A stretch of 64,000 nt of DNA from Sminthopsis crassicaudata (GCF_048593235.1 NC_133619.1:650606558-650670557); one strand, 5' to 3'. Positions 46,084-59,200 are shown, numbered from the stretch's first letter. Program-made: numbers and translations. The notes: generated by a model from the sequence alone, not told the origin.

Positions 46084-47274
46084 ATGGAGGAAGGGGGGGC
46101 CCCGGAGCCCGTCTGCCGCTTCTACCTGGAGGGGCGCTGCCACTTCGGGGCGCGCTGCCGGCTCCCCCACCCCGGCGCCGAGGCCCGGGCTCCCGCCGAG
46201 CCTCTGCCGGGGCCGGCCTCGAGCCCCGGGGGCAAGAAGCCCTCCATGAAGACGGCCCAGGCGGTGATCGACCGCATCCGCTGGGACCCTCACCTGGACC
46301 CCGCCGACTTCTCCGTGGGCTACCTGGACCGCTTCCGCGGCGTGCAGGAGGAGCCCTTCCCCGCCTTCTGCTGGGACGAGGACCTGGCTGCGCTGGGCCC
46401 CGGGGTGCTGGCCGTGCCCCAGCACCGCATCCGCTACTTCCGACACCGCGGCCGCCTCGTGTGGGACCGCGCGTCCCGCACCGACCTCGTCTTCGGCTCG
46501 GCCGCCGGCCGGGGGACCACCATCCTGGACGGGCTCGCCACAGCCGGCGAAGGGGGCGGCCCCGGAGCCCCGGAAGAGGACGGCGGGCCGGGGACGGAGC
46601 TCAAAGGCCGGGGAGAGGAGGGCGGGCCCGGAGCCCCGGAAGAGGACGGCGAACCCCCTGGGCCGAGCGGCCGCTCTGACAGCGGGGGAGGGGCCGCCGA
46701 GGGCCTCCGCCCCACACACTTCGTAGCCCTTCCGATAACGGAGCCGCAGCTGCGGGCGGCAGTAGCCGGGGCCCAGGCCGGCCTGGTCGGGGCCGTGAGC
46801 CCGGGGGCCCTGCACCTGACCTTGGTCTTGCTGCGCCTCGCAGGCCCCGGGGAGGTGGCCGCGGCCGCGGGGGCCCTGAGACACGTGGTCCGGAGCCCCG
46901 GCTTCCACTACCCCAGAGCGGTGCATTTCGGGAACCTGGCATGCCTAGAGCACAGACTCATTTACTCCGTCCCAAATCCGAGCCTCGAGGGTGTGGCCCA
47001 CACCCTGGCCCGGGGCCTCGAGGCCCAGGGGCTTCAGGTCCTGGAAGCCGCGGGCCAGGCGCTCGGCCCCCACCTCACTTTGGCCAAACTGCCTCGGGGG
47101 AGCCCCGGGCGCCTGTCGCTGCCCGAGGCCCAGGGGGCGGCCGCGCTCGGCAGCCAATCCGTGGAAGAGTTCCAGCTGTGCTCCGTGGGGGGGGCGCAGG
47201 GGCCCGAGGGGGGCTCCTCGATATTAGCCCGGGTGCCCCTAGCGCCCTCCACCCTGCCAGGGGCTCTGCACTAG
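46084..47274 (+). CDS. LENG9: Leukocyte receptor cluster member 9, intronless, 396 aa
   Basis: CCCH finger (CRFYLEGRCHFGARCRLPH), MJ1316/DUF504 domain (MKTAQAVIDRIRWDP...PQHRIRYFR), AKAP7-like 2H phosphoesterase (RPTHFVAL, LHLTL, PHLTLAK); synteny. Confidence 0.96.
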   Translation: MEEGGAPEPVCRFYLEGRCHFGARCRLPHPGAEARAPAEPLPGPASSPGGKKPSMKTAQAVIDRIRWDPHLDPADFSVGYLDRFRGVQEEPFPAFCWDEDLAALGPGVLAVPQHRIRYFRHRGRLVWDRASRTDLVFGSAAGRGTTILDGLATAGEGGGPGAPEEDGGPGTELKGRGEEGGPGAPEEDGEPPGPSGRSDSGGGAAEGLRPTHFVALPITEPQLRAAVAGAQAGLVGAVSPGALHLTLVLLRLAGPGEVAAAAGALRHVVRSPGFHYPRAVHFGNLACLEHRLIYSVPNPSLEGVAHTLARGLEAQGLQVLEAAGQALGPHLTLAKLPRGSPGRLSLPEAQGAAALGSQSVEEFQLCSVGGAQGPEGGSSILARVPLAPSTLPGALH

Positions 47275-48681
47275 CCCCAGGCGGCCGCTCCAAAGGTACC
47301 TCCTGCCTCCTGCTTCCTCCGTGGGGGCCGAGCCCGCCCACCCCAAGCAGCAGCCCTTGGGGGGCACCCCCTAAAGCAGGAAGGGGGATAACAGGCAAAA
47401 CAAAAAAGCCAACCACGTCCAGACTTGGTTCATTCTCTCTCTTTCTCTCTTCTTTTTTCTTTAATTAACTTTCTCTTTTTTTTTTTTTTTTTCCCAAACC
47501 GTGCTCAGCACTCCTTGGTTGCAGGGAAGGAGGGAGGGAGGAAGGAAGGAGGGTGGGGAGGGAACGGTGGGAAGGGAGGGGGAGGGTCGGAGGAAACAGG
47601 AACATCTGGAAAGGAGAGGCAGCCTGACAGTCCAGCTGTTTTCGATCTCATTGCACATTATTGAGTTACATGGTAGAAAAGGGAGGGGGAGAAGGGGGGG
47701 TGAAAAGAAAGAGGGGGAGAAAATAATTTAAAAAATAAAATATCAAAGGAAGAAATGATGCGACCTGGTGACCCATGGAGGCAAGGGGGGGGAGGAAAGG
47801 AGGGATGACCTTTTTACCTGTGCAGAACCAGAAGGGGGAGGGGGGAAGAGGGGGAGGGGAAAGAAATCAAAACAGACACTGGGAAGGGAGGAAAAAAGGG
47901 GGAGGGGGTAAGACATGGAGACAACTTAATACAACTTGAGATGCATCAGACTTGTGGTCCCGGCAGCTCCCACGGCGGCGGCGGTGACTTGGCATTCGGG
48001 GTGACGTCCTCTTGACTACAGCAGCATTTCGGGGTGGGGGGGTGCAGGTGTACAGTCCGGAGCAACTTCCCCCCCAAGCCCCAGACAAGATGAAGCCCCC
48101 CCCTTCGGGGCAAAGGGCGGCAAGAGTCTCTTCAAGGTGGGGGGTGAGAGCAGGGCGGATGGGGGCAGGGTCGTTGCCCCCCAGAGCTGGCTGAAGGTAC
48201 CCCCTCTTCCTTCTTCCCCCCAGCCCCCTCCTGCGTGGGGGGGCATGGGGCACCGGCCGGGCGCCTGGGACGAGCTCAGGAGAGAAAGAGAGAAAACACT
48301 GAGAGAGTGTTAGTGGGGGGGCGAGATCAGGGCAGACAGACCTACTGACCCCCGGCCCACCACCCACTATCCAAACCCTCCCCACTTCCCACCCGAGGCC
48401 CACTCAAGAAAATAAAAACGTAGAAAAATTCTCTGTACAAAATCCCTGGGGTTTCAAAGGCGGGGAGAGGGGAGGCAAAGGCTCCGGCCCCGCCTCTCCC
48501 ATATGTACATCCCAGTCTGTGGCTCAAAGAAACCAGTTTAAACCAGTAAACGCTGATTGAGGGTGGGGGGCGGGGGCGGCGAGAGACCTCCACCAGCCCC
48601 GTCTTGTCCTTCCTAACCCCCTGCTGGCCCTGGCAGGCGACCGGGCCCTGGCCCCAGCCCCAACCCGCCCCCTGCAGGCGC

Positions 48682-51600
48682 TCAGAAGGTGGGCAGCTGC
48701 GCCACGCTGAGCCGGCAGTCGATGCTGGTGTTGTCGGGCCCCATGTAGCCTAGGCCCAAGGGGGCCAGAAAGGCTCGGCAGGCGGCCTCGCCCTCGAAGG
48801 CCAGCTCCCCCTGCACGAAGGAGACGGGCAGCGCCGGGCGGAAGCTATGGAGACAAGAGGAGACATGGATGAAGGGTGGGGGGAAGAGACGGGGCCCAGG
48901 GACCCCCAGGCAACTGGTACTATCACCCAACCCCTCCCTCCTGGTCCCAGCTGAGGGACCCGATGCATCCAAGGCCAGGATTGTAGGCCCGGAGGAGGCC
49001 CCCCGCCCCAACACCCTCCCCCCCAGAGCACTTCGGGCCGGGGAGAGGAGAAAAGCTCCCCCGGCCACCGGCCCCCGTGACCCCCCCACCCCAACTCCCA
49101 CTTACCTGTGCAGGGAGGTAGGGGAAAGTGAGGGGGGAAGACAAGAACAGAGATGAGGAACCAGGGGTCCGAGGCTCCCGGCCCTCGGGAAGGGGAGCAC
49201 AGCTCTGGCTGTGGAGCTGGGAGGAGGCAGGGCACGGAGGGAGGGGGAGAGGCTCCCGACAGAGCAGCAGCAGGAGAGCAAAAGGAAGCCCCAGGCTCAG
49301 GAACTGCGGGATAGACACACGCAGCACACAGGCCACAAGGAGGCGCCCATCCAGAGGACAACGCACACACTCACAGGGAAGGACACAGATAGAGGGGTGC
49401 AGCTCCACCTGGGAGAGGCCCCAGTCAGAAAACCTGGGCTCAAATCTACCTTCAGCCCCTTCAGGGGCCGTCAGGCCAGATGTTCCCCGGAGACCTACAA
49501 TGCAAACCCGGGCCTTGCCGATGGTCTTCCAAAGGAAGCAACCTTGGCCAAGAGGCTCGATTTCATCTGGCAGCCCAATTCTGCCCGGGTGCTCCTTGGG
49601 CACAAGCTGGCATTGGAAAGAACTTTCCACATCCATCTACAGCCTGAGAACAGGAGGAGCCCAGCCAGGGGCTTGCAGGAATCACTGGCCTGACCAACCG
49701 AAGGTAGGGGCTCAATGTCCCAGACTCCCCAAGGAGACAGTCACCAAAGTTAGAGAAAGGAGCAGTTTCGAGAACTAGCCAAATGCCCACCAAAGTGAGG
49801 AAGCACACACCGAAGACCACCCAGCATCCCGAGCCTCGCTAACACGAGAACCACGACCAGAAAGGCTGCCCTCGTCTCCAGCAGACAGACCAGCTAATGG
49901 GGCAGCATCAGTTACATGAAGAGAAACTGCTGGCAGAAAAATCAGGATTCAGAACCACACACCACAGAGAAAGATGCTTCCTCAGTGCAGGCTCGGGGGC
50001 TAGGACCTGCTCCGGAGCCCCATGAGCCAATCCGGTTTGGGGAGCTTGCCAACGCCTCCAACAAAGGCTCACAAAACGTCTAAAATGCTGCAGGGGATTG
50101 GCTGAGATGGCCTGAAGGACACTTGGAGATTTGAGACAGATCACCTTATAACAAGATAGTCTAAATGTGTTCCCGATTTAGACCTAAAAGGTGATACTAA
50201 AAGCAAATTCAAAGAGCAAGAGGTAGTCTACCAGTCATGTCTTTGGAGAAAGGAAAAATTTAGGATGAAACAAGAGAGAGAAAGCATTCTGACGTGCAAA
50301 ACAGACAACTTTGATTCCAGTAAATCTAAACATTTTTGCATGAACAAAACCGATGCAGCCAAGATTAAAAGAGAAGAAAAAAACTGGGCTACACTCAAGT
50401 GTTTCTGATGACATCCGTACTTCTAAAGTACAGAAACAAGCCAAATTTGTAACACAAGCACTTTCTCACGTGATAAATGGTCAAAAGAAATGAAAAAGAA
50501 AAAAGAAATGAAATTTTTCATTAGAAATTAAAGCCATATAGTCATATGAAAAAATGCTATAAAATCATTAGAGAAATGCAAATTAAAATAACTCGAGGTT
50601 ATCATCTCATAGCTCTCAGATTAGCTAAGACGGCAGGAAAGGATGATAAATGTTGGCAGAGAGGTGGGAAAACTGGAACACTAACGCACTGGTGAAGTTG
50701 TGGACTGATCCAACCATTCTGGAGAACAATTTGCCCCAAAGGGCTGTAAAATTATGCATCCCTTTGATCCCGTGGTCTCACTACCAGTTCCCAGAGATCA
50801 CAGAAGATGGAAAAAGAAAAAAGTTTCTAACAGCCCTTTTTATGGGGGCAAAGAAATGGAAAAAGAGTGGGGAATGGCCGAACAAGTCGTGGTATATAAA
50901 TGTAACGAAATACTACTGTTCTGTAAGAAATGATGAGCAGGCAGGTTTCAGAAAGGCCTGGGATGATTCACAGGAACTGATGCTGAATGAAGCATTAAGA
51001 ACCAGAAAACCATTGTACACAGGAACGAGATCCTTCGATGTCCCACTAAGACAGATTTGGTTCTTCTCAGCAATGCTCCAAGGCAAATCCAAGAGACTTG
51101 GGGGGTGAAAATGCTTTCCACATCCAGAGAAAGAACTATGGAGACTGAATGTGGATAAAGATGTAATATTTTCATCTTGTTTTCCCTTTCTCATGGTTTT
51201 TCTCTTTAGTTCTGATTTTCCCCGCAACATGACTTATATAGAAATATTTAAAATGAATGTACATGTATAACTTATATCAGCTTGCTTGTTGTCTTGGGCA
51301 GGGAGAAGGAAAGGAGAAAAAACTCTGCAACTTAAAATCTTACAAAACTGAAAACTATCTTGGAAAAATAAACCACTATTGAATTAAAAAAATAAATAAA
51401 TCTGCGCAGATGACCAGGGGCTTCAACAGGCAAGATCCTCCTAGGTCCATGTATAGTAAGGCCTCAAAAGCAAGTGAGGATCTCATTGCTGCACACACTG
51501 CTGTTTTCCTTCAGTGTTTAGGGTCAGAGTGTACAGAGCAGCAGGCCAGGATTCCAAAAAGAACTGAGTTCCAATCCATCTTCAAACACTTACTAGCAGC

Positions 51601-54600
51601 ACAACCCTGAGCAAGCCATCTCTGCCTCAGTTCCTCCACGTGTCGAATGAGAAAACAATAGCATCAAGATGAGTCAAATGAGATAAAAGTTTTTAGCATA
51701 GCCTCTGGCACACAGTGGGCACTTAGAAAGTTTCCTTCCTTCCTGGAATTTTTAAATAAAACTAGGACTAAGAAGTAGAAATTCCGCTTAGGCCCAAGGG
51801 CTATATAGTTGAGTAAGCCCTGGTTCTAACAAACCAAATGCAAAAAAAATCAAAGGACACAGAAGACACAAGAGCAAAGTGCCTTGAGACCCACAGGAAA
51901 TCTCAGGCTGGCTGTCTAAGACATGAGAAAAGCTCAGCAGGTGCTGAGGGAGATGATGATGAGACACACACAAGACAACCAATGGGGAGATCACTCAGCG
52001 GGTGTCGTGGAGAAGAGGATTGAGAATGGATGGAAGGGATTGGGCTCATTAACATAAAAAGAAAAGAAAGAGGGAGAATGTGAGACAGAGGCACAAACAC
52101 AAAGACAGACAGAAGCATGGAAGGGGCTGAACTTCTGGGCTCTGCCAAGGGCAGAGAGCCTCCTGCTTAAGAGGACGTTCCCAGCCAGGAGAGGGATGCC
52201 CGAGTGTCCTTGAGACCACGTCCCGTGACCCACAGGAACACCACCCTTTTGGGGGCTGCTGAGCTGGATGAGCTCAGGGTCACGGTGAACGCCGAGAGCA
52301 CTGGCGGGCTGGAGAAGGTGCAAGAACCAGCAGCCCAGGCAGCTTCCCCCAAAAGATCCGGTCCCATCAACTTTCCCTTTGCTCCTAAGCTGGTCCATCA
52401 GGGAAATTGCCTCTAGCTTACCTAGACTCTAACTGAGCCTTTAACAGTTGACTAGGAAAAAAGGTGCAGGTTAGCCTAGTTGGGACCGTGAGGAGACCCC
52501 CTGGCTGCCAAGTGGCTGGCAGGCTCAAAGCACCCAGAGCTTCACCTCAAGGAGCTCCGAGACTAGCTAGTCCAACCTTTCTGTGTTTGGGCTGTTTCTG
52601 ACAGATGAGGAAACGGAGGCCCAGGGAGTTTAGTAAGTGGCCCAAGGTCACAGCCACAGACAACTGTCTGAGGTGGAATTTGAACCCAAGCCCTCTGAGG
52701 TGTGCCCCAGGCTGCCCATCTCTAGGAAAGTCTTAGGGACTCAGTGATGCTCAATAATCCCACCAGTGGCTTTGAAAAGAGGCAGCGGAAGCCCCAAGGA
52801 CAAGGTCCAGCACAAAAGGCGATCTGGGCTGCTGGTCACCTTTCTGGGGGCCCTACACCCCATCAACAATCTGGGGCACAACACTCAGCTACAAGGAGCA
52901 TGTGGGAGCACTCCTGGAAGCCACACTAGAGGGAAGGGGGCTGGGAGGACGCCTACCCTGAAATGAAAGCATGGGGGGGGGGGTGCAGAAGAACAGGCTG
53001 CAAGGCCTCCTGGGCTTGTCCCAGGAATGAGGGCTTAGGAGGGGGGCCCGGGAGCGACGGGCTGCCTGAGGCTGAAGAGCAGGCTGCGGCAGCGAACAGA
53101 GCAACATTGCCGGCTTTGGGAGACATCAGAAAAGGGTTCCCTCTTGGGTCTGGGCTGAGCTAGATGGCTCATGAGGACCTCCTGAAGTTCTGAGGCTCCC
53201 AGGGGGCCTCGGGCTGGGGGATCTCCTCACATGACTCAGCCTGGGGACTGCTCAACGGCACTTCTAAAGTGACTTGCTAACAGCACAGGGCAGAAACAAA
53301 TAAATGGAGGCTTTGGGAGGAATGAGAGGAAAGAGTCAGGGGGTTGGGAGGAAGAGGGGAGACAAAAGGACAAAAATAGGAGGTTCCCAGGGAGCTGGGG
53401 GAGGACGGAGGAGGGGCCAGGAGACAAGAGAAAGCACAGAGTGGCCGGGAGAGGAGCAGGGGCCCGCCCGTGAGGAGCGGACACATGAAGAGCAGGCCGA
53501 GGGGAGGGGCAGGCACAGGAATGAGCACATGGGGGGACTGGGCGGCCCTCACATACGTTTTGATCATGGCCTTGAGAGCAGCCTTCCGTTCCCTATCAGC
53601 AAACTTGTCCACAAGGTAGCCTGACATGCAGGGCGCGTTTCGGTAGAGCTGGAAGAAACGGTGGTAGTTGCCCAGAGCCCAGGCCGCCCGCAGCGCCAGG
53701 GCGTGTGCGACACAGGGGTCCGCCTTCAGTTCTCGAGTCAGGTAAGCTAGTTCCGTGGTGATGTCTGGGGAAGAGCAGAGGGAGTGAGCGGCGCCTTTCA
53801 AGCAGTCGCCCCACCCCGCAGGCCCCCTTCCCCGGGCTCACCCCCCGAGTTCTTGGTGAAGATGTAGTAGAGGATGCGGTACGCAGTGAACTCCCCTACG
53901 TTGCCCGGCAGGTTTTCCGCATACAGAGACTTGAGCTGTGTCTGGCACTGGTTAAATTCCTCATGGTCGCCCTAAGGGAGATGAGGGCAGATGAGGCTCC
54001 AGCAGTCATGAGGGACCAAGGGGGGGGGGGGGGGCAAAGGGTACTGCCGGGGAGGGAGGGGGCCCTGGCCCTGCTCACCTTCTCCAGGGCGATGCGTGCG
54101 TGTGTTTCATACACCTCCACTGTGAACTCAGTTCGGACACCCTGGACCTGAAGGAGGAAGGAAAGCTTGGAGGCACGACCTGGGGCCTGCCCCCCCCCCC
54201 CCCCGCCCCAGCTGCCCAGGCCCCAGGACTCACAGTCAGGTCCTGGCGGATGGACTTCATCTGCTCACAGGCAAAGGCGTAATCCTGCTTCTCCTTCCAG
54301 TGAGACTTCACCATGGACAGCGACTTCTTCAGGACCTGAAAGGCCAGAGATGCTACTTAGCCCAGGTCTAGGGAGAAGAGTGCAGGGAGGACCCCACCCC
54401 CAACGGGCCCCCCCAGGCCTGGAGGGCCCGGGCTCGGTCTCATAGGGCACTCACAGCCACGGGCCTCACGGTGGAGGGGTCTGGCGCACAGGTAAGCCTC
54501 AGGTAGTGTTTGGTGATGTCCGGGCAGGTGCCCACAATCTTGAGTTCGTTCCAGTCAGGGTCAGTGCTGCCGCCATCCAGGCTGCCCATCTGTAGCACCA

Positions 54601-57600
54601 AAGGCTCCAGCCGCAGGCGCCGGGAATGCCCGTGCTGGAACCGCGCTGCCCGTTTCTGTTTCTTCAACTCCCGCTCGGGGTCCTCACACTCCATGGCGGC
54701 CGCCGGCTTCTTGCGGCTGCGCTTGGCGGGGATGAGGTCGTGCCTGTACGAGAGGGCGGCCGTTAGACGCGCAGCCGGTTGCCGGACAAAGGTGCTGGGG
54801 ATGGAGAGGAAGTTCTTGGGGAAGATGGAGGGGACGCCCCGCCTTTCCCGTGCTCTCCTCTTCCTCCCCCTTGGTGAGACCTCACCTCTTCCCCCGCTGC
54901 ACTCGCCCTCGCCCCCGGTCCATGTGAGCGCCTCGGCCGCCCCGGCCTTTAGGTGGTGGGTTTCTTCGCCCCCCTGGGTGACACTCACCACCCGAGTAGG
55001 AACTATCAGAGTCTGAGTGCGAGTCACTACAAGATAACACAGGGGAGGGAGGGAGAAAACAAGAGGGCTCAGGCCAAGCTCAGGGCTTCTGTCAGCTGGC
55101 CCCCTTCCAGGGCTCCCTCCTGATGCCCTTCCCGTTACCTGCGGCGGAAATGACGGGAAGGAGAGCGGGAGGAGGACCGAGAGCGCGAGTCTGTGCTTGA
55201 GGAGGAGCTGTTATCCTTCATGAACACATTCCGATTCCCAAATTTGGTGGCGAAGCTGTTGCCGCGCCCCCGGCCAGCACTCCCGGTGCCACCTGCCCCC
55301 CGCTGGGGCTGCGTCCCCCCACCCCGAGGTGTCCCCCCCGCTCCTCGGGCGGGGTGAAGGATGGAGGAGGCTTCCCACCGCTTCTTCTTGGGGCTCTCTG
55401 TCACAGCGTCCCGGCTCAGCCTGAAGGGAAAGGACAAGTCACCCCTTCTAGCTCTGGATCGTGGCACTCCAAGGGGAGTCGGCCAACGACCGAGAGCGCC
55501 CCCCCCCCCCCCCAGACACCAGCCCGGGCCCAGTCCCGTGGGAGCCTGCCCTGCTCTGCTGCCGAGGGGAGTCCCGCGGCCCCGGCCCCTTCCCCCCCGG
55601 CTCTCACCCCGGCAGCGGCTCTCGGCTCCAGTCGATGGTGTAGGCCGAGCCGTCCTGGAGCCGGGCCTGCAGGACCTCCTTGAGAAGCTTCTCCGTCCGG
55701 TCCTTGTCCTCTTCAGACTCGCAGGCGGTGAAGCAGCGCTGGACGTACTCCTTCATGTCTTGGGGCCAGTCCTCGGGCTTCCCCGATAAGTTCCGGTTTG
55801 GGGGCATGCCGCTGGAGGGAAGGTGGGGACAAACACGCGTCAAGGAAATTCAGCCGCCCCGACCCTCGCCCACTCCCAGACTTGGGGAGAGGGGGGAGGC
55901 ACCTGTGGCTCTGGGACTTCTCCACATTGGCCTGGACCCCGAAGCCGCCGTGTTGTCCCTCAGAGCCAGAGTTAAAGTTCTGGCTGGTGACCACAAAGGG
56001 CCGTTTCTGGATGTTGAACTTGACGCTGGCTGCTCCTGGGGCTTCTGGAAAAGGCAGAAAACAGAACCCTAAGGGCCGAGGTCGTCTGTCTCCAAAGGGG
56101 AGGAGAGAGGATGCCCCGTTAGGCTCCCACAGGAGGACGCCGCCCATCGCCACAACCCCCACGCTAAGGGGCCTTCCGAGCCCAGACCGGCCGAGGAGCC
56201 AGACACTCACGTTTCATGCGGTTCCACAGCTGCTGTCCTTTCTTGGGCTTGGGGGGTTCGGAGTAACCGTGCTGCCCGTAGGCCTGGCCGGGGCCCGGGC
56301 TGGCTTGGCCATGCTGGGCCGACGAGGCCCCGGGCTGAGCCCCGCTCCCCAGCGTGTGGCCTGCATGTTGAGGGGGTGGGGGTGGCTGAGGGGGCTGGGC
56401 TGCTGGTAACTGCTGAGGAGGGGTCGGATAAGACATCGTTTCTTCCATGCCAGGAACCGGAGGCTAGCAAGGCGAGAAACAGGGTTACTGCGGGGAGCCC
56501 CCATCTAAACCAGACATCAAACTCGGCCCCCGACTCGTGAGGGCGGCCTGAAACTGATGGAAAAGCCCCGGGAAACCTTCAAGGAGACAGAGCAGGAAGG
56601 CAAGCAGCTGCCTTTCTGGGTTAACCCGGGACCCACGGATCTGCTTCTGTCCGGTGCCACTGTTGCAAGTTTGGCCAGCGTGAGGGGCGAGGAGAACTTC
56701 TGGACCCTGCTGAAGGCCAGGGACTCCCCTCAGAAGGTTGCTGGGCCGGTGTTTTTTAAAGTCCTTGAACAAAAACGCTACATTTCCTCAGGGGATTTTC
56801 CGAAGGGCACCCCCTCTTTTTTGCCCATCCAATTCAGAATCACCAAAAGTTTCTCCACAGATAAGAACCCTTGCTGTTGACGGTGGAATTGAAAAAGAGC
56901 CAAAGGAAGGCAACAGCCGGTTTCATAAATCAAAGCAGGGCGGGGCCTTCGAGACAGCGGCCTCCCCGCCTCCCCCCACCCACCAGAAGCAAGTCCGGCC
57001 AGGTGTCTGTCTACACCAATCAAGGGGGCGGCTTCAGACTTGCAGGTTTTCCTTCCAGAGCACCCCGGGCCCCAGCAGAGAACTTATCCATGCTGAAATT
57101 CAGTCCCACAGCAATAACTTTGGAGGCCACCCAGCCCGAGGGGGGAAACAGGCCCCAAAGCGCCACCCCCTGGGAGCTGGCACCAGTAAGCGCCGGAGGG
57201 GGCGGAGCTTCGGGCCGTGGGACCCTTAGCTCTCAGACTACTGGGATCCCCCAGCCCAGTAACATCCAAATCCCCTCTGCTGAGAAGAAGGAGCCAGGGC
57301 TCTCCTCAGAGAGCAGCCTTGGAAGTCACCGCGCCCCCAGGGACCAGGGAGGGGATCTGGACAAGAGGCCGGTTCTTACCTGGGTGAGGCCTCCCTGGTG
57401 CTGGCCCGGGGTCGCCGCCTGCTGCGGGGCTGCTGTGGCATAGGTGGCGGTCAGGCTGTACTGGCCTGGGGAGCCGTAGCTTTGGTACATGTTCTAGGAG
57501 ACAGGCCGGGTCAGTGGGGGGTCAGTCCCGCTGCCGCCCCGCCCCCTCCTGGCCCCGCCCCCTCCGGCCCCGCCCTCACCATGGGGTAGTAGTAGTTGTA

Positions 57601-58204
57601 GGGATAGGCGTAGTTGTACTGCTGGTACCACTGGTAATACTGCTGCTGCTGGAGCGCCGCCGCGTCGGCCTGAGCCACGTACTGGAGGGAGGCAGGGGGC
57701 ACAGAGTGAGGGACACGGGCGCTCCGCTCCCCTCCCGGCCTCGGGTGGGCGCCCCCCCCCCCCCCCCAGGAGAAGCGGGCCGGCCGGAGCCTCACCTGGG
57801 CCGTGGCCACCTGGCCGTTGCTGCTGGTCTTGGCCGAGCTGCCCGTGGCGCTGGCTTTGCTGATGCTGGCCAGGGCCTGGCGAGCCTTCTCCCACTCGGG
57901 ATTCTCGTGCATCGGCGCCTCCATGCTGCTCTCCCGGGCTGGCCCGCTGCCCAGGCTGTACTGGGCTGCCCTGCGGACACAGGACGTGACCTCATAGACT
58001 CATGGAACTCCGAGGGGGGGAACCCCGAGCTGGGCCAGGGCGGGGCCCGGTGACCCCTCCCTCTTCCGGGCCCCGCCTCCGCGCGGCCCCTTCCCCCGGA
58101 CCCAAGGCAGGTCGGGCCGCCCCCCTCCCCCCCCCCCCCCCCCGCCCCCGCCCCCGCCCCACTCACCACTCGGCACCGCGCTGGTCCCCCACATTGGCGG
58201 CCAT
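48682..58204 (-). CDS. LENG8: Leukocyte receptor cluster member 8 (SAC3/GANP-family), 15 coding exons, 803 aa
   Basis: Coding exons: 58167-58204, 57796-57970, 57580-57681, 57380-57493, 56211-56463, 55903-56044, 55608-55811, 55139-55420, 54886-55026, 54455-54743, 54234-54335, 54079-54147, 53842-53971, 53557-53764, 48682-48844; all GT-AG, phases consistent, total 2412 nt; MAANVGDQR...[18 protein letters not shown]...[13 protein letters not shown]. Confidence 0.98.
50130..51400 (+). mobile_element. Old LINE-1 3' fragment in the last LENG8 intron (antisense to LENG8)
   Basis: ORF 50650-51108 [22 protein letters not shown]...[19 protein letters not shown]; A-rich tail ~51385. Confidence 0.8.
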
Positions 58205-58479
58205 CCGGACCTCGGGCTGGGCGCGGGGGGCCCAGGACCGCGGCCCCCTGCTCACTGCGGGGAGAGGGCGGAGGTGAGGAGGGGGCGCGGAGAGTGGGAC
58301 GGCGGGGGCGCCCCCGGCCCGCCCACACTAAGGCCGGGAGGCAGGGCTGTGGTTCCGGAGGCGAAGGGCCGGCGGGCCGCCACCCCGCCTCTGCGCCTGC
58401 GCACCGGGGCCAGGCTGGCCTTCTTCCCCCCTCCCCCCGCACCGCCCCCGCCACGGGCGCGCGCCTCCAGACCTCGGGG

Positions 58480-59200
58480 TCTAAACTGCCCGGAGAGGGC
58501 GGAGTCCGCGCATGCGCCACGTCCCCACCGAGACCCAAACGCCCAAGTGGCGGAAATCGCGCATGCGCGGTGGCGCCGCCACCCCGCCGTTGAGGCGAGC
58601 GTCCGGGCCGTTGGCCCGGGCCGCGAGGGCGGACGGGGTCTCGAGCCCCGGCGGAACCCTGTAGACGCACGGAAGCACCGCCGCAGGACCCCAACTCTCG
58701 CACCTTGCGCCCGCCGCCCGGCCCGGCCAAGCCCAAGATGGCGGCACCAAAGGCTTCCTCACCTGACGACGGCTTCTTCCTCCGGCGCTGAATCCTATGC
58801 GCGAGAGACGGCAGCAGAGGAGGAAGGGACGTGGCGAGGAAGCGCACGCGCACAACGTCAGCACGCCGCCGCGCGCCCCGCCCCTTAGCCATCGCAAGGG
58901 CCAATGGGACATTCCGAACCAGGCCAGCTCCCGAAGGCTCCCCTCCCCCGTCCGAAGCTTTAAAGGACTCGGAATGACGAGAAGGACCAATGAGAAGAGA
59001 GCCAGTGATCTCACTCTTCCCGCCTTCTAAGGCCCCATTCTGGTAGGCCCTCCTTTCCGGGAGGCCAAAAAGGGGAGGGAAAACAGGAAGTCTCAGCCAA
59101 TGAGAGTTAGAGGGCTTCAATGGGCCCGCCCCCGGGGTAAGCCACACCTCTACTGGGTCGGGGCGGAAGAATAGGCGGGGCGCCAAGTTTTTAGCCGGAA
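58480..59200 (-). promoter_or_regulatory. LENG8 CpG-island promoter and non-coding first exon (donor at 58763)
   Basis: Donor cag|gtgagg; GC box ~58878; CCAAT at ~58900, ~58987, ~59097; NRF1-type GCGCATGCGC twice (~58508, ~58559); YY1-type AAGATGGCGGC ~58735. Confidence 0.8.
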
